From Octopus vulgaris (taxonomy: Eukaryota): 64,000 bases of DNA. Of this stretch, positions 12,878 to 27,177 are shown piece by piece (position 1 is the stretch's first letter; the number at the start of each line of letters is the position of its first letter). Under the pieces are notes generated by a model that worked only from the letters and a program-made list of their open reading frames with translations, was not told the origin of the DNA and searched no databases. Both the position numbers and the translations under genes were made by a program. The DNA is taken from assembly GCA_951406725.2 (NCBI GenBank), contig OX597822.1, forward strand, positions 67,146,001-67,210,000. The letters are read 5' to 3'.

Positions 12878-13082
12878 TGCATATATATGTATATAATGTA
12901 TATGTAAGTATACAATGTATGTATTCATATATATATGTGTGTGTGTGTGTGTATGTATGTATATCTATATTTATATATATATTCATAAATATACATGTAT
13001 GTATGAATACATTATTGGTGTATATGCAGGTCTCTGTGCATATATATATATAAATATAAAAATATATATATGTGCATGTATG

Positions 13083-13248
13083 TGGAGCGACTGTGTGGTA
13101 AGTAGCTTGCTTACTAACCACATGGTTCTGGGTTCAGTCCCACTGTGTGGCAGCTTGGGCTAATGTCTTCTACTATAGCCTCGGAGCGACCAAAACCTTG
13201 TAAGTGGATTTGGTAGAGGGAAACTGAAAGAAGCCCGTCGTATATACG

Positions 13249-13301
<53 letters not shown>

Positions 13302-13502
13302 ATGTGTGTGTATATGTTCGTGTGTCTGTGTTTTTCCCACCAATATCGTTTAAACGATATTGGTGTATTTACGTCCCTGTAACTTAGCGGTTCGGCAAAA
13401 GAGACCGATAGAACAAGTACTAGGCTTACAAAGGGGTCGATTTACTCGACTAAAGGCGGTGCTCCAGCATGGCCGCAGTCAAATGACTGAAACAAGTAAA
13501 AG
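13083..13502 (+). mobile_element. SINE family A, near full length
   Basis: Head CTGTGTGGTAAGTAGCTTG...GGTTCAGTCCC, internal (TA)n(TG)n, tail GGCGGTGCTCCAGCATGGCCGCAGTCAAATGACTGAAACAAGTAAAAG. Confidence 0.85.
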
Positions 13503-13791
13503 TGTATACATACATATCATCATCGTTGTCATTATTTTCATTCATTTTACCCTTTGTTCTGGCGATGTCGATAAAATAATTGCCAGTTGTCTACTGGTGT
13601 CGATGTAATTGACTTAACCCCTCCCCCAAAAACGCTGTCCTTGTGCCTGAATTTGAAAGCATTCTGCCCCCGAGGTCGTCTTTGCCTTTAATCCTTTCGG
13701 GGGTGGACAAAATAAATACCAGTTGCACATTCCGGGATATATCTAATCGACTTACCCCTCCATTATTTGCCTTCTGCCGATAATAGAAAAG

Positions 13792-13853
<62 letters not shown>

Positions 13854-13856
13854 TAC

Positions 13857-13914
<58 letters not shown>

Positions 13915-13937
13915 AATATTATTATTATTATTATTAT
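13792..13937. repeat. (TTA)n microsatellite
   Basis: Directly visible. Confidence 0.97.
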
Positions 13938-15350
13938 CGGTGTTGGTAGTGGTGCTAAGCTGGCAGAATCGGTATTTTGACCACCTTCCCGTTCAGTGTT
14001 CAAATTCCTCCAAGGTCATATTCGTTTTTCTTTTCTCTTTCAAAGTCGATTAAACATGTTCATGTCGAGTACTTGGGGTAATGTAATGGACTACCGCTTT
14101 CCCGCAAAATTTCAGACATTGCGCTTATAGTAGAAAGTATCATTATTATTATGTTTATTACTACCTAACTTCACCATGTTGTCCCACCGGATTACAAACT
14201 TTTATCGTGCCCCCTAATATCATCATTTTTGATACACCATTCAAAAGCCTCTCCTTATCAAAGAATACAGTTAACAAAATAAGGCAATGCATTAACATCA
14301 TAACTAAATTCCCTTTACATGTTAAACAACCTCAATACACACCTCATCAAGCGAACTAAAACAACACGTGCCCCATCATCACCTTCAGCTATCGCAAGTA
14401 GTTCACCGCAAAAATATTTATTACTCTTCCCGTTTTACCTGTCTGTTATTATCTCAGCACCATTTAACGTCACAAGCAAAAAAAAAAAAGACATCTCAGT
14501 CGCAGAAAGAGACACTTCAGTACATACGTTTATCAGATAAATAAGATTTATTTATTATAATTATTAAAGCATATGTCAGGTAAAAATAGAACCCCAAATA
14601 AACTCAGCAGTGAGCCAGCCGTCTGTAACGCAAAGACAATACGAAGAGCTCTACACAAAAATAAATGTGTCTGAAATAAAACTAAACTAAACAGGAAACG
14701 GCAAACAGCCTTATGATAGGTCCCGAGACGACCAATATCTTATTAGTGAAGTTGATAGACGGAAACTGTACGGAAGATTATCGTGTATATAAATGGTTAT
14801 ATGTATGTGCATGTGCCTCTTTGTGCTTGTTTATCCCCCCACAGACTTTGATAACTACGTAGGTTTGTATAAAACCTTGTTGTTTAGCAGTTACTCAAAA
14901 GAGATCGATATCTTAAACGCCATAGTTAAATATATGTGCTGGCGTTAATGTCTTCTACTAAAGCCCTTCTAAGAGGTGCGCCTGCATGGCTGCAGTCCAA
15001 AGACTGAAAAGAATAAAGAGAAAACTGAATGTGCTATGTCAAAACTATCACATTGTTCTTCATACAGCACATCACAGCATGGCGATGTGTGAAGACTGAG
15101 TTTTACAGCCAGGTAATAAGAAAGGGGTGGTTTCGATTTCTGGACAGGGCGACGCGTTGTGTTCTTGAGCAAAACACTTCATTTCAAATTGCTCCAGTTC
15201 ACTCAGCTTGCAAAAATAAGTAACGCTGCGATGGACTGGCGTCCCATCCGGCTGGGGAGCACATATGCCATTGAACAGGGCCCATGACAACCGATATTGG
15301 TGTGTTTATGTCAAGTGATTGGGGGGCAAACACAGACACAAAGACACGCA

Positions 15351-15402
<52 letters not shown>

Positions 15403-15446
15403 CAGGACGGGCTTCTTGCAGTTTCCGCCAAACAAATCTACTCTTA

Positions 15447-15551
15447 CAAGTTTCATCAAATACCGTTTACAACTTTTTGAGTTATTTTGCACACAGTCGG
15501 ACAGACGGACAAACCAACGCCGATGAAAACATAACGCCTTGGCGGAGGTCT
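15447..15551 (-). mobile_element. Terminal fragment of a non-autonomous Helentron/HINE-like element
   Basis: Reverse complement ACCTCCGCCAAGG-CGTTATGTTTTC...GTCCGTCTGTCC...AAATAACTCAAAAAG; the same subterminal motif CCTTGGCGGAGGT occurs at 63237-63249. Confidence 0.45.
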
Positions 15552-16208
15552 CAACAAAAACAAAACACAACACCCTATCCATATGCTCGATAACTGCCAA
15601 CACTACGATCGCTATAAAATTGTTTTTGACTACTACTACTACGAACGCGACCTACCACACCACCCAGCAACAACAACAACTACTACTACTACTTCTACTA
15701 CTACTACTATACAATATCCTCTTCCGCATACAGCAAACCAGTCGCTAGACAAAATCACCCTGACAGCCATAGTAAATAACTGGAGGATCTTACGTGTGGT
15801 GAAATTTCATCAAAATATTCTTACATTAATATCTGCCAATATCTATTTATCAGAACAAACAGAAGACTTTCCTTGTTTGACTCTCACTCAGACAGCTTTT
15901 CACTAAAGATGCCGGCTGAAATTAGCACCACTACAAACCGGATGTGGCAGTTTCATTAATTTCCGGAGGCAAAAATATGAAAAAGTCTATTTCTATAGAC
16001 AAAGAAATATTTAGCAAAAAAATAAAACAAACCGATGTATAAAACCTTGCATGTATTATATGCATACGTGTGTGTGTGTGTGTGTGTGTTTGCGCGCACG
16101 TGTGTGTATGTAATTATGTATGTACATACATATATATATATATATGTATGCATGTGTGTGTGTGTATGTATATGTATGAGTGTGTATGCAATTATGTACG
16201 TATTTACA

Positions 16209-16279
<71 letters not shown>

Positions 16280-16553
16280 ATGTATGTATGTATAGGCATA
16301 TAAACAGTCAGAGGTAAATGTAGTATACAGATATACATTTTTCAGATATAGCGTTCTGTCTTTAATTACTGTTCTGGCTATATATTTAGTAGATATATAA
16401 AAATAATCAGAAATATGTGAGACGAGTGTACATATATATATAGAAAGATATACACCTAATTACAGATATATATAGAGACTCAGACATATAGTGATATATA
16501 TGAGTACACATAGGTGTGCACAGATCCGTATATAATACGTTTGTAATAATGTC

Positions 16554-16584
<31 letters not shown>

Positions 16585-17182
16585 AAATGTAACGTGTCTT
16601 CAACGGCGCAATAACGTAGAGTCGACTGTAATAACTGCTATAATTTAATTCTTCGTAGTCTGATATAAAATTTGGGAATATAAATTTCCTTCTTCAGATA
16701 TCGCTAGGAATTGATCGAGCCACTGCTATAATCGGTTGTAATCATAAGGATTTATATTCAGTGCATATAGACAATAAAATATATGCAATATAATTAAATC
16801 TTTTAAGGAAATATATCAACCATCAAGTTATAACCAAAGTAGTCTACTCCCAAAATAAACCGAAACAGACAATACGAACTAAATCAGTTGCTGTTCGGTG
16901 GATGAAACATTTTGTAAATAGCATATTTGTTATATATGAGTAATTAAAGATGACGTACTTCCCTTGCTTTTACACACACACACACACTGACAGGTGAAGG
17001 AACCGACCCATGACCGAATCGAGAATCTCTAAGATTAGACGACTAGTTTCTCGCATTTCCGTACGCTTCGTGAGTAAGATCGGTTGCACATATGTATTTG
17101 CCATAGAAATTTATTGATGATTTAGCGGAATGCTAATGCGTATACGTATCCATCTATCTATCTCTCTACTTATCTATCTATT

Positions 17183-17291
<109 letters not shown>

Positions 17292-17357
17292 ATTTCTAAA
17301 TCTCTCAAAAGGAGACGACGGCAGCAGTACTGAGTATATATATATATATATATATAT

Positions 17358-17557
17358 AGGCGCAGTAGTGGCTCTGTGGTAAGCAGCTTGCTTACAAATC
17401 TCATCGTTGTTCCGGGTTTAGTCCCACTCCGTAGCATCTCGCGCAAGTATCTTCTACTATAGTCTGAGGCTGACCAAGGCCTTGTGAGGAGATTCGGTAG
17501 ACGGAAACTGAAAGAAGCCAGTCGTATATATATATAAATATATGCGTGCGTGCGTGC

Positions 17558-17593
<36 letters not shown>

Positions 17594-17782
17594 CTCCCCA
17601 ACATCGCTAGACAACCGATGCTGGTGCGCTTATGTCTCCGTAACTGACCGATTCGGGGAAAGAGACTGATAGAATAAGTACTAAGCTTACAAATAATAAG
17701 TCTTGGGATTGTGTTGCTCGACTAAAGGCAGTGTTCCTGCATGGCCGCAGTCAAATGACTGAGACAAGTAAAAGAGTAAAAG
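17358..17782 (+). mobile_element. SINE family A, full length
   Basis: AGGCGCAGTAGTGGCTCTGTGGTAAG head through GTCAAATGACTGAGACAAGTAAAAGAGTAAAAG tail, with internal (TA)(GTGC)(TG) tract. Confidence 0.85.
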
Positions 17783-18858
17783 CGTGTATATATATATATA
17801 CAGAGAGAGAGATGGGGTGGAGTGAGGGAAAGAGAGATTGTCAGGATGTATTATAGAGGTGAATAAAGAATATACGTAATATAAAGAAAAGAAAATGGTA
17901 CAAAATTTTTACAGAAATATACTCATCACAGGAGTGTTGGTTTTTAGGCAAAAGGGAAGAATAGTCCGTGAGATTATAAAATTAAAATACTCACACTGAC
18001 ATAAGACATATCAATAAATTTATATGTGAAACATTCGTCTTCTTTAATAGCATTTACGTTGTATACAATAGCATAAGCTAAGCAATGCGAATTTTTCCAG
18101 AATCGTAATATTAGTGTTATGTAAGTTAATGCAAAACACATACCCATACAGACACACACATAGTTCACAAATATAATGTACGCATTTCATTTATTTATGT
18201 AATCCTAAAGAATGTTACCGAGACAAAGTTGTTAACTTATATATGCCCACAAAAAAATTTCACTATTCAGATTAAACGTTATCGTAAGCTTTCACAATCT
18301 GGAAGAGAAGGACGGTATGCAGCTGTTAGCTAGGGGTGTCGACTACTTACTGAACATTTCGTATGTTCAGTCAGATGCTTCCTGATAAGTTCATATTTAA
18401 ACAAGTTGGAGCAGGTTTTGCGTTGCGAAAATGCAACCAGGAGCATATACGGGTTAATACAGAGGAGAAAATGCTAAGTGGATTTTTTTTTCCGGTTTTA
18501 AATTCTGACTTCAAATGCCACCGAAGTCGACTTTGCTTTTCATTTGTTTAGGATCTCAGCATAAGTACCAGCTGAGCAGCAATGTCGTCGTAATCGACTT
18601 ACCCCAACCCAGAAAATTGCCTCCCTGCCTGTCTGGTGCCAAAATTTGAAACTATTAAGTTATATAGCCAAATGCGAAGCTTACGTTACAATTAAGTGTA
18701 ATAAGCTGAACGCTTACTGCAATCACAAATGTAGCTTAAATAATCTCTGACACCACAGAGGCAAAACTAATTAGCTTGGAAATCTTAACCAAAAAAATAA
18801 ATACCATAAAGATGATGACTACACGCTGGCTAGCGATAAGGGTAATAGATGTGTGTGA

Positions 18859-18893
<35 letters not shown>

Positions 18894-18909
18894 GTGTGTG
18901 TGTGTGTGT

Positions 18910-19125
18910 AGGCGCATGGTTGAGTGGTTAGACTCTAACAGTTAGAGCGTCGGGCTCACAATGTATGAGGGAATGAGTGCGATTCCCCGACCAGTTTATG
19001 TGCTGTGTTCTTGAGCAAGACACTTTATTTCATGTTAGTCAATTTCATTCAGCTGTAGAATCGAGTTGTCACGTCACTGGTTGCCGGCTGTAATGGCCCT
19101 TGGAGAACATCGGTTGCGTGGAGAG
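18910..19125 (+). mobile_element. SINE family C, partial
   Basis: AGGCGCATGGTTGAGTGG...GAGTGCGATTCC...GTGTTCTTGAGCAAGACACTTTATTTC...CAGCTGTAGAA. Confidence 0.7.
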
Positions 19126-19399
19126 TAATTATCTAACGATCCCCAAAAGAGTGAAATGCAAAGTCGACTTCGACGGATTTTGAGCTCACAATGTGAAGAC
19201 GGGCAAAATGCGATAAACAGTTTGACCAGGTTGCTAACGATTCCCTTTTACATACACACACACACACGTACGCACACGCACACACGCAGGAAAACACACA
19301 GATATACACGCGCGCACACGTATACACACGCACACACGTACAGACCCACGCACGCACACACACGCACACAGACACGCAAACACAAACACACTTCATACG

Positions 19400-19456
19400 T
19401 TGATAGATACATACATAGACAGACAGTTAGGTAAATGAATGGACAGACAGACAGGC

Positions 19457-19535
<79 letters not shown>

Positions 19536-19636
19536 CAGACAGAGAGAAAGAAAGAAAGAAAGAAAGAAAATAGATAGAGAAAGAGATGGGTCGATAGATA
19601 GATAGATAAATAGATAAAAAAGAACGACAGGTAGAT

Positions 19637-19708
<72 letters not shown>

Positions 19709-19725
19709 CTGACAGACAGACAGAT
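19400..19725. repeat. (GATA)n/(GACA)/(GAAA) tetranucleotide array
   Basis: Directly visible; similar tracts at 27755-27846 and 54445-54546. Confidence 0.97.
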
Positions 19726-20639
19726 CCTAGCGAAGTTCTCCACAACAAGCCGTAAATATGCACAGAAGTGCTTATTTAATTTAATGTTGTGTCAGTGATT
19801 TCATATATCTTCTCTATATTTCCCCTGCTGTTGTAGTTAGGGGTCGTTGATGTACACTTAGCGTTGGTAATACGATTTGTCTTTTTCTTTTTCGCCATCG
19901 TTGTTATTGTTGTTCAATGTTTCCCTACTTAATCTCACTGACGCTTCTTGTTTATCACTTTCACTCGTCGTAACCCCTGCAACACCCATAACACTGTCAG
20001 TCATTAAATATTTTCATCAAAGTTGTCTACACCATCAGCTTTCACGCTATCAAAAATGTTTGCCCTACGGTGCTTTCTTTTTTAACTAACTCTGTTCAGT
20101 ATAACGAGCCGAACCTCTCTAAGTATATCTGCTAACTTTTCTTATATCCTCTTACTCCAGAAATATCATGATGCAGCCGCATCCCTAGGACTACGACAAA
20201 CACTCCTGCCGCAGTGAACACACACATACATCCACTAAGATAGTCCAGTGAGTGTCTCAAGTTAACATAAAAGTTACTATAATCTATCATCTTCTGAATT
20301 ACACGCCCATTCACCAACCTTCCTGTTTGCGGCAACGCGTCTACAGACCAAATCCATCAACACATGTCTCCTCACCAAACATGTAAACTGTATCCCACAC
20401 GCGTACACGAATACACATGCACGTACAAGCGCACAAACGCACAAACGCACACATATACACATATATACACGCGTGCATACTATTTCAGTCTGCTATCATT
20501 TACATGCTCTTTCTTTCTGATTTAATTGTACAAAAACCTCGACCATCTGGCACGCTTGTACTCAGACGGTATCACAGTGCTACCACAAATTGATCACCAT
20601 CAACAGTACAACGAAAATAACTACCGACAGCATCGTCAC

Positions 20640-20683
<44 letters not shown>

Positions 20684-21144
20684 ACACTACCATTGCTATC
20701 TTCATTATTTATTTCATTTTCTAAAGCGGCGAGCTGGAAGAATCGTTGGGACGCCTGACATAGTACCCGGTGACGTTACATTTAGAGTTCAAATTCCGCC
20801 GAGGTCGACTTGGCCTTTCCACCTTTCGGCGTCGATAAATTAAGTACCTGTTACAAGCTGGAGTCAATCTAATCGACTAGCCTCGTACCCCAAAACTTCA
20901 GGGCGAAGTGGAAGAATCGTTAGCACGCCTTACAAAATACCCGCTGGTGTTACATTTAGAGTTCAAATTCCACCGAGGTCGAATTTAACCTTCATCTTTT
21001 TGGGATCGAAAAAGTATGCATCAACTGAACAATAGAGTCGATATAATCGACTTCCCCATACCTCAGAGTTATAAGACTCTTACCAAAATATAAAAACGAT
21101 TGTTTCGCCCTCTCCCGTCGTCAGAAATTATCAACGTCATTTGC

Positions 21145-21780
21145 TTATTTCTTTATTTCCCATAAGGGGCTAAACATAGAGGGGAGAAACAAGGACAGAC
21201 AAATGGATTAAGTCGATTACATGAACCCCAGTGCGTAACTAGTACTTAATTTAACGACCCCGGAAGGATGAATGGCAAAGTCGACCTCGGCGGAACTTGA
21301 AATCAGAACGTAGAGACAGACGAAATACCGCTAAGCATTTCGCTCGGCGTGCTGACGTTTCTTGTCTATTTACTGCCCACAAGGGACCAAACACAGAGAG
21401 GACAAACTAGGACAGACAAATGGATTAAGTCGATTATATCGACCCAATGCGTAACTGGTGCTTATTTAATCGACCCCGAAAGGATGAAAGGCAAAGTCGA
21501 CCACGGCGGAATTTGAACTCAGAACGTAGCGGCAGACGAAATACCTATTTCTTTACTACCCACAAGGGGCTAAACACAGAGGGAGCAAACAAGGACAGAC
21601 AAACGGATTAAGTCGATTACATCGACGCCAGTGCGTAACTGGTACTTAATTTATCGACCCCGAAATGATGAAAGGCAAAGTCGACCTCGGCATAATTTGA
21701 ACTCAGAACGTAACGGCAGACGAAATACGGCTACGCATTTCGCCCGGCGTGCAAACGTTTCTGCCAGCTCGCTGCCTTAT
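21145..21780 (-). mobile_element. SINE family D with three tandem core+tail units behind a complete head
   Basis: G(A)ATGAAAGGCAAAGTCGACC recurs at ~21263, 21478 and 21662; the full head AGGCAGCGAGCTGGCAGAAACG is at the right end. Confidence 0.85.
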
Positions 21781-22404
21781 CAACATTATTTACGCAAATC
21801 ATTGCCATTGTCATTATTATTATTATCATAACTTAAAGTTCCGAGTAGTGTTTCTCCAATTATCATCTATGACTTTATGTTCTTGCAAGGAAATCATTGT
21901 TGACATTACTTATTATCCTTTCATCATAGCAAGCTCGGATCAGACTTCGCTGCTTGAGACGCACTTGCATGATTCGAATATGTTTGAATAGATCTTTTGA
22001 ACAAAAAATCAGAAATCTCATTATTGAAATGACAAATGCTTTTTGCAAGTCGTTTAATGAGCGAAAGTATCTTTTGCATGAAAAGTAATTAATAAAATTG
22101 CATGCATTTAATTTATGGCCAATCACATCCCTCAACGTATGGCACTAGGAGTTTTCTACCAAGTTCTTAACGGCAATACCTTTAGCATTTTCTGCCTTCA
22201 CGCATCAGTGTAGCTCTTTGAAGAACACACGGCTTGAATTCGTCTGCTGAGAACAGCATGTAATTAAGCGGTTAATATAAAAGGTAATGTTTAAAACGGC
22301 AAACTGGCAGAATCGTTAGCACGCGGTTCATCTATCGCTGTTTATTATTTAACCGTACGTCGATTCCTCTGTGGTGTTATTTTGCATTTATAATAAAATA
22401 AATA

Positions 22405-22726
22405 TTTTTTTATTTGTTTCAGTCATTTGACTGCAGTCATCCTGGAGCAACGCCTTTAGTCGAGCACATTCTTTGTAAGCCTAGTACTTATTCTATCGGT
22501 CTGTCTTGCCGAACCGCTAGGTGACGGGAACGTAAACACACACACACACTCATATATATATACGAAGGGATTTTTTCAGTTTCCGTCTACCAAATCCACT
22601 CACAAGGCTTTGGTCGGCCCAAGGCTATAGTAGATGACATTTGCCCAAAGTACCACGAAGTGGGACTGAAACCGGAGCCATGTGGTTGGTAAGCAAGCTA
22701 CTTACCACACAGCTATTCCTGCACCT
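22405..22726 (-). mobile_element. SINE family A
   Basis: Reverse complement of the family A head and tail; lies between the head and core of a split SINE D copy. Confidence 0.85.
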
Positions 22727-22790
22727 ATATATACAAATTATATACAAATATATACAAAAATATATACAAATTATAAAAAAATTTTTAAAT

Positions 22791-22874
22791 ACAGTACTCT
22801 TTCAGCTTCGAGGATTTTAATCCATCACGGATAGTTTTGGACCGTAACACCCGCGATAGTCGAGGGATTACTGT
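22791..22874. mobile_element. Pogo/Tigger-like MITE remnant
   Basis: TA-CAGTA... start and ...CCCGCGATAGTCGAGGGATTACTG-TA end (CAGTAATCCCTCG-type TIR); left TIR decayed. Confidence 0.5.
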
Positions 22875-23644
22875 ACATCGTCTGTCTTTACGTTCTGCGT
22901 TCATATTCCGCCGAGGTCGACTTTTACGTTCATCCTTTCGGGGTCGATAAAATTATCCCACTTCTGAAATTACTGACGTTGTACCACAATTCGAAACCCA
23001 TATTAAAAGTGATGTTTAAGGCAGCGAGCTGGCCGAATCGCTTGCACGCCTGGCAAAGCGCTTATTGTGGTCACGTCCTGAATTCAAATTCCGTCAAGGT
23101 TGACTTTGCCTTTCATCCTTTCGGTGTCGATCAAATAAGTACAATACGAGCAACAGCTGGCCTTTGACAAAATCTTTAACTAATATTAAAGACGGTGTAG
23201 AGATGTAGAACTTTTTTTTAAATACCTAAGTATTAAAAAGAAAAACTTAAGTTGTTACTGGTTCGTCAGAGGAAAAGAGACATCAACCATTGCTTTATAT
23301 ATATTTTTATATGCATATGCGTATATAGTTATGGCTATGCATGTGTAAATACACATAAAATCAGTACCATGTATTATAGTCTCGGATCGACCAAAGGCTT
23401 GTGAAGGAGAAACTGAAAGAAGCTTGTTGCATGTACTTATTTACGAGAGTCGTAGTGTTTAGCCTTCACCAATCAGTGTTAGATCGAATGCATTTCGTAA
23501 CTCAGCGGTTCAACAAAAAAGCTCGCGGGGATAAGTGCCAGGGCTCGAAAATTCTTCAAGTTGGTGCCCCAGCTTGGACACAGTCCAATGAATGAAGTAA
23601 TTAAACGTTTTATGCACGTGTGTATTTCTCTTCAATTTTTAAAT

Positions 23645-24068
23645 TATTATTAATGTTCGACTGAAGAGGGAACCGGTTTCCAGCAAAGATACAAGGTTCC
23701 ATCTTTGGGATGTAATTAGCTCATACAAATTCACATTCAGAACTTGAGAAAAGTCTTGCATATTTTTGCTATTCCACTCACAGATTGCACTTGTAATGTA
23801 CAAATTAGCCGGTCAATTTCTCTTTCTGAAAATCCCAGTTTATCCAGATTCTCCTTTAAACATCTAGTAACAAAACCTAGTGCTCCAATTATTATTGGTA
23901 TGAATATGACTTCATAGTCTGGATATAGAAGCTGGAGGTTTCGAAGCAATTGTCCATAGGTATATTCTTTTCCTTTGATTTTCAAAGAGATATTTATATC
24001 TGCAGGGCAGCTGACCTCTATGATGGTTCATACCTTTGCCCCCCTGTCCCAAACAACAATATCCGGCC
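23645..24068 (-). mobile_element. RLE non-LTR retrotransposon 3' end
   Basis: RPDIVVWDR..IIEVSCPADINISLKIKGKEYTYGQL..IPIIIGALGFV..SVSGIAKICKTFLKF*, followed by a short 3' UTR ending in TAA-like repeats. Confidence 0.85.
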
Positions 24069-24172
24069 TGTATATATGTATGCAAGTATGTATATATGTG
24101 TGTGTATATAGATATGTATATGTGTGTATGTATGTATATTTATGTGTCTGCGTATTTATGTATGCATGTATG

Positions 24173-24216
<44 letters not shown>

Positions 24217-24964
24217 CAGACATTTAATTACTATATTCATAGTTAGATAGATAGATGCATACATACATACATACATACATACATACATACATACATACAT
24301 ACATACATCTTCACAAGACGAGTGTCTGCATAATATCTGCACACTCAAACAAAGTATTTGTTCGACTCAAATTCTATTTGAAGTTGGTTACATAAGTGCC
24401 TCTGAGATCGAACCTACAAGCACATGATCGCGAACTAAGCAGTTCAACCACATTAACACGATTACGTCTCCCCAAAAGTGCGTTGATTGTTTCATGCTAA
24501 ATGTACTTTAAGATAATTTTTCTTATCAATTGAAAGCTTCAACACCATGTGCAATTTCTAAATACTGAAATATATTTCGAAGCATAACAGCCTAAAATAA
24601 TTATAAGCGAGAAAACTTTATATCTCTCGAAGTTTTTATTTCCTTTCTTCTCATTTTCATTAGATTTTCTCACTGATTCACATTAACGAGGACGCATCAA
24701 ATACCACAACAGACATATGAAAAAGAACATGCAAGCATACAGAGTTATACGTACAGGTTGTCGTATGCACAGTTTCTATTAAAGAAATGACATCCCGCTG
24801 TCACCTTCAGTTTGTGTGACACCAACCGTTGAACATTCAGGTGATAACGTAAATGCCAGAGCGGCACTGAAGTGATTTCTAATTAAATACATACATATGT
24901 ACCTGTGTGTGTGTGTGTATGTGTGTGTGTGTATGTGCATGTGTGTGTGTGTAAATACACACAC

Positions 24965-24998
<34 letters not shown>

Positions 24999-25139
24999 AT
25001 ATATTTACATACATGCATATATTCATGCACGTATATGTGTATACATTCGTGTACGTATATACAGATATATATATATATATATATATGGTTATATACATAT
25101 ATATGTATATATATACATATGTATTACACACAAACACTT

Positions 25140-25186
<47 letters not shown>

Positions 25187-25862
25187 CATAACACACACAA
25201 ACACGTATATATATATATATTAATATATATATATACATGCGGATGTGTGTGAGAATTTGTGCGTGCGGGTGTGTGCGTATGTAGATGTGTTAGTGCGTGT
25301 CTGTATGTCTGTTTGTAAGTAATTGTGTATATATACTTAAGTACGTGTGTATATTTGCATGTATGTAACCAAGTATAACTGCATGTATGTATAGATTCCG
25401 AAAGCAGTAAATTACACCACTAGAAGAAAAGTAAAGTAAAAGAGAGACCGAGAGAGAGAGAGAGAGAGAGAGGGGGGGTGAAAGAGAGAGAGAACGAGAG
25501 AGAGAGAGAAAGAGAGAGAGATAGCGAGAGTGAAACAAAAACATGGTGGAATTTGTGATATTTTCGTTTCATTTCTAACCTTTCTATCGCATACCGCTTT
25601 TCACATCCGAATGTGCGAGGCAATGAAATAAACATACTAGCTATATATATGAATAACAAACCAAAATGAATGTAATCTATAAATGAATAATTGAAGGAAT
25701 AGAATAATGAAGCGAGAGAAGTTTCAGGAAATAAATGGAAAAAGAAAGGATATATGACTTTTGGCATATAGATTCTGGGGTTAAGGTTTAGACGTTCATT
25801 ACTGCCGTATAATAATGCGTGCATATGCAATAGATTTTGTTTCTATTCAATGGAAAAGCAAG

Positions 25863-25914
<52 letters not shown>

Positions 25915-26128
25915 GGGAATGACATAATTGGGAAGATAGATAGATAGGCAGGCAAAAGAGGGAAGGTGGGAGAAAAAAATGCGACCAGTATTTGTTATTC
26001 TTTTCACTGACTTTTCATTGCAGAATTTAGTTTTTAAATACGAAGCATATAATACTATTTTGCGTACCGCCCCGAAGTTGTTCTACGACGAATAAATACA
26101 AACAAACATTCGCGTGCATATGTCTGTG

Positions 26129-26173
<45 letters not shown>

Positions 26174-26496
26174 TCATACATACATACATACACACATACA
26201 TCTATATATACACACACACACATATATATATAAATATATATGTGTGTGTGTGTTTTCATTTTCTTTTATGTATTACATCATTTGTGGATAATAGCATCGT
26301 AGGAAGCTTCGTTTCAGAGAGAAAGCAAGAGAAGGAATATCATAGGAATGGCTAATTATAGATGTACATTAAATGTGTACTCAGATATATGCGTATACAT
26401 TCATACATACATACATACACACATACATCTATATATACACACACACACATATATATATAAATATATATGTGTGTGTGTGTCTGTGTGTGTGTGTGT

Positions 26497-26640
26497 AGGC
26501 GGAGGAGTGTCTTACTAACTACATGGTTCTAGCTTCAGTCCCACTGCGTGGCATCTTGGGCAAGTGTTTCTACTATAGCCTCGGGCTGACCAAAGCCCTG
26601 TGAGTTGATTTGCTAGACGGAAACGGAAGTAAGCCCGTCG

Positions 26641-26703
<63 letters not shown>

Positions 26704-26714
26704 GTATATGTATA

Positions 26715-26758
<44 letters not shown>

Positions 26759-27177
26759 TATATGTGTGTGTGTGTGTGGGAGAGAGAGAGAGTGTAGTGT
26801 ATTTGTGTGTAGGCGTAGGAGTGGCTTACCAACCACATGGTTCCAGGTTCAGTCCCACTGTGTGGAACCTTGGCCAAGTGTCTTCTACTATAGCCTTGAG
26901 CCGACCAAAGCCTAGTAGGTGGATTTGGTAGACGGAAACTGAAAGAAGCCCGTAGTATATATGTATATATATACATATGTACGTGTGTATACGTTTATGT
27001 GTGTCTTTTTGTCCCCCCCCCAACATCGCTTGACAACCGATGCTTGTCTGTTTATGTCCCCGAAATTTAGCGGTTCGGCAAAAAGGACCGATAGAATAAG
27101 TATTTGGCTTACAATGAATAAGTACTGGTGCGCTCCAGCATGTTCACAGTCAAATGACTGAAACAAGTAAGAAAAAG
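26497..27177 (+). mobile_element. Two SINE family A copies (5' half 26497-26642; full copy 26811-27177)
   Basis: Both begin AGGCG(G/T)AGGAGTG...; the second runs to the CAGTCAAATGACTGAAACAAGTAAG tail. Confidence 0.85.
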
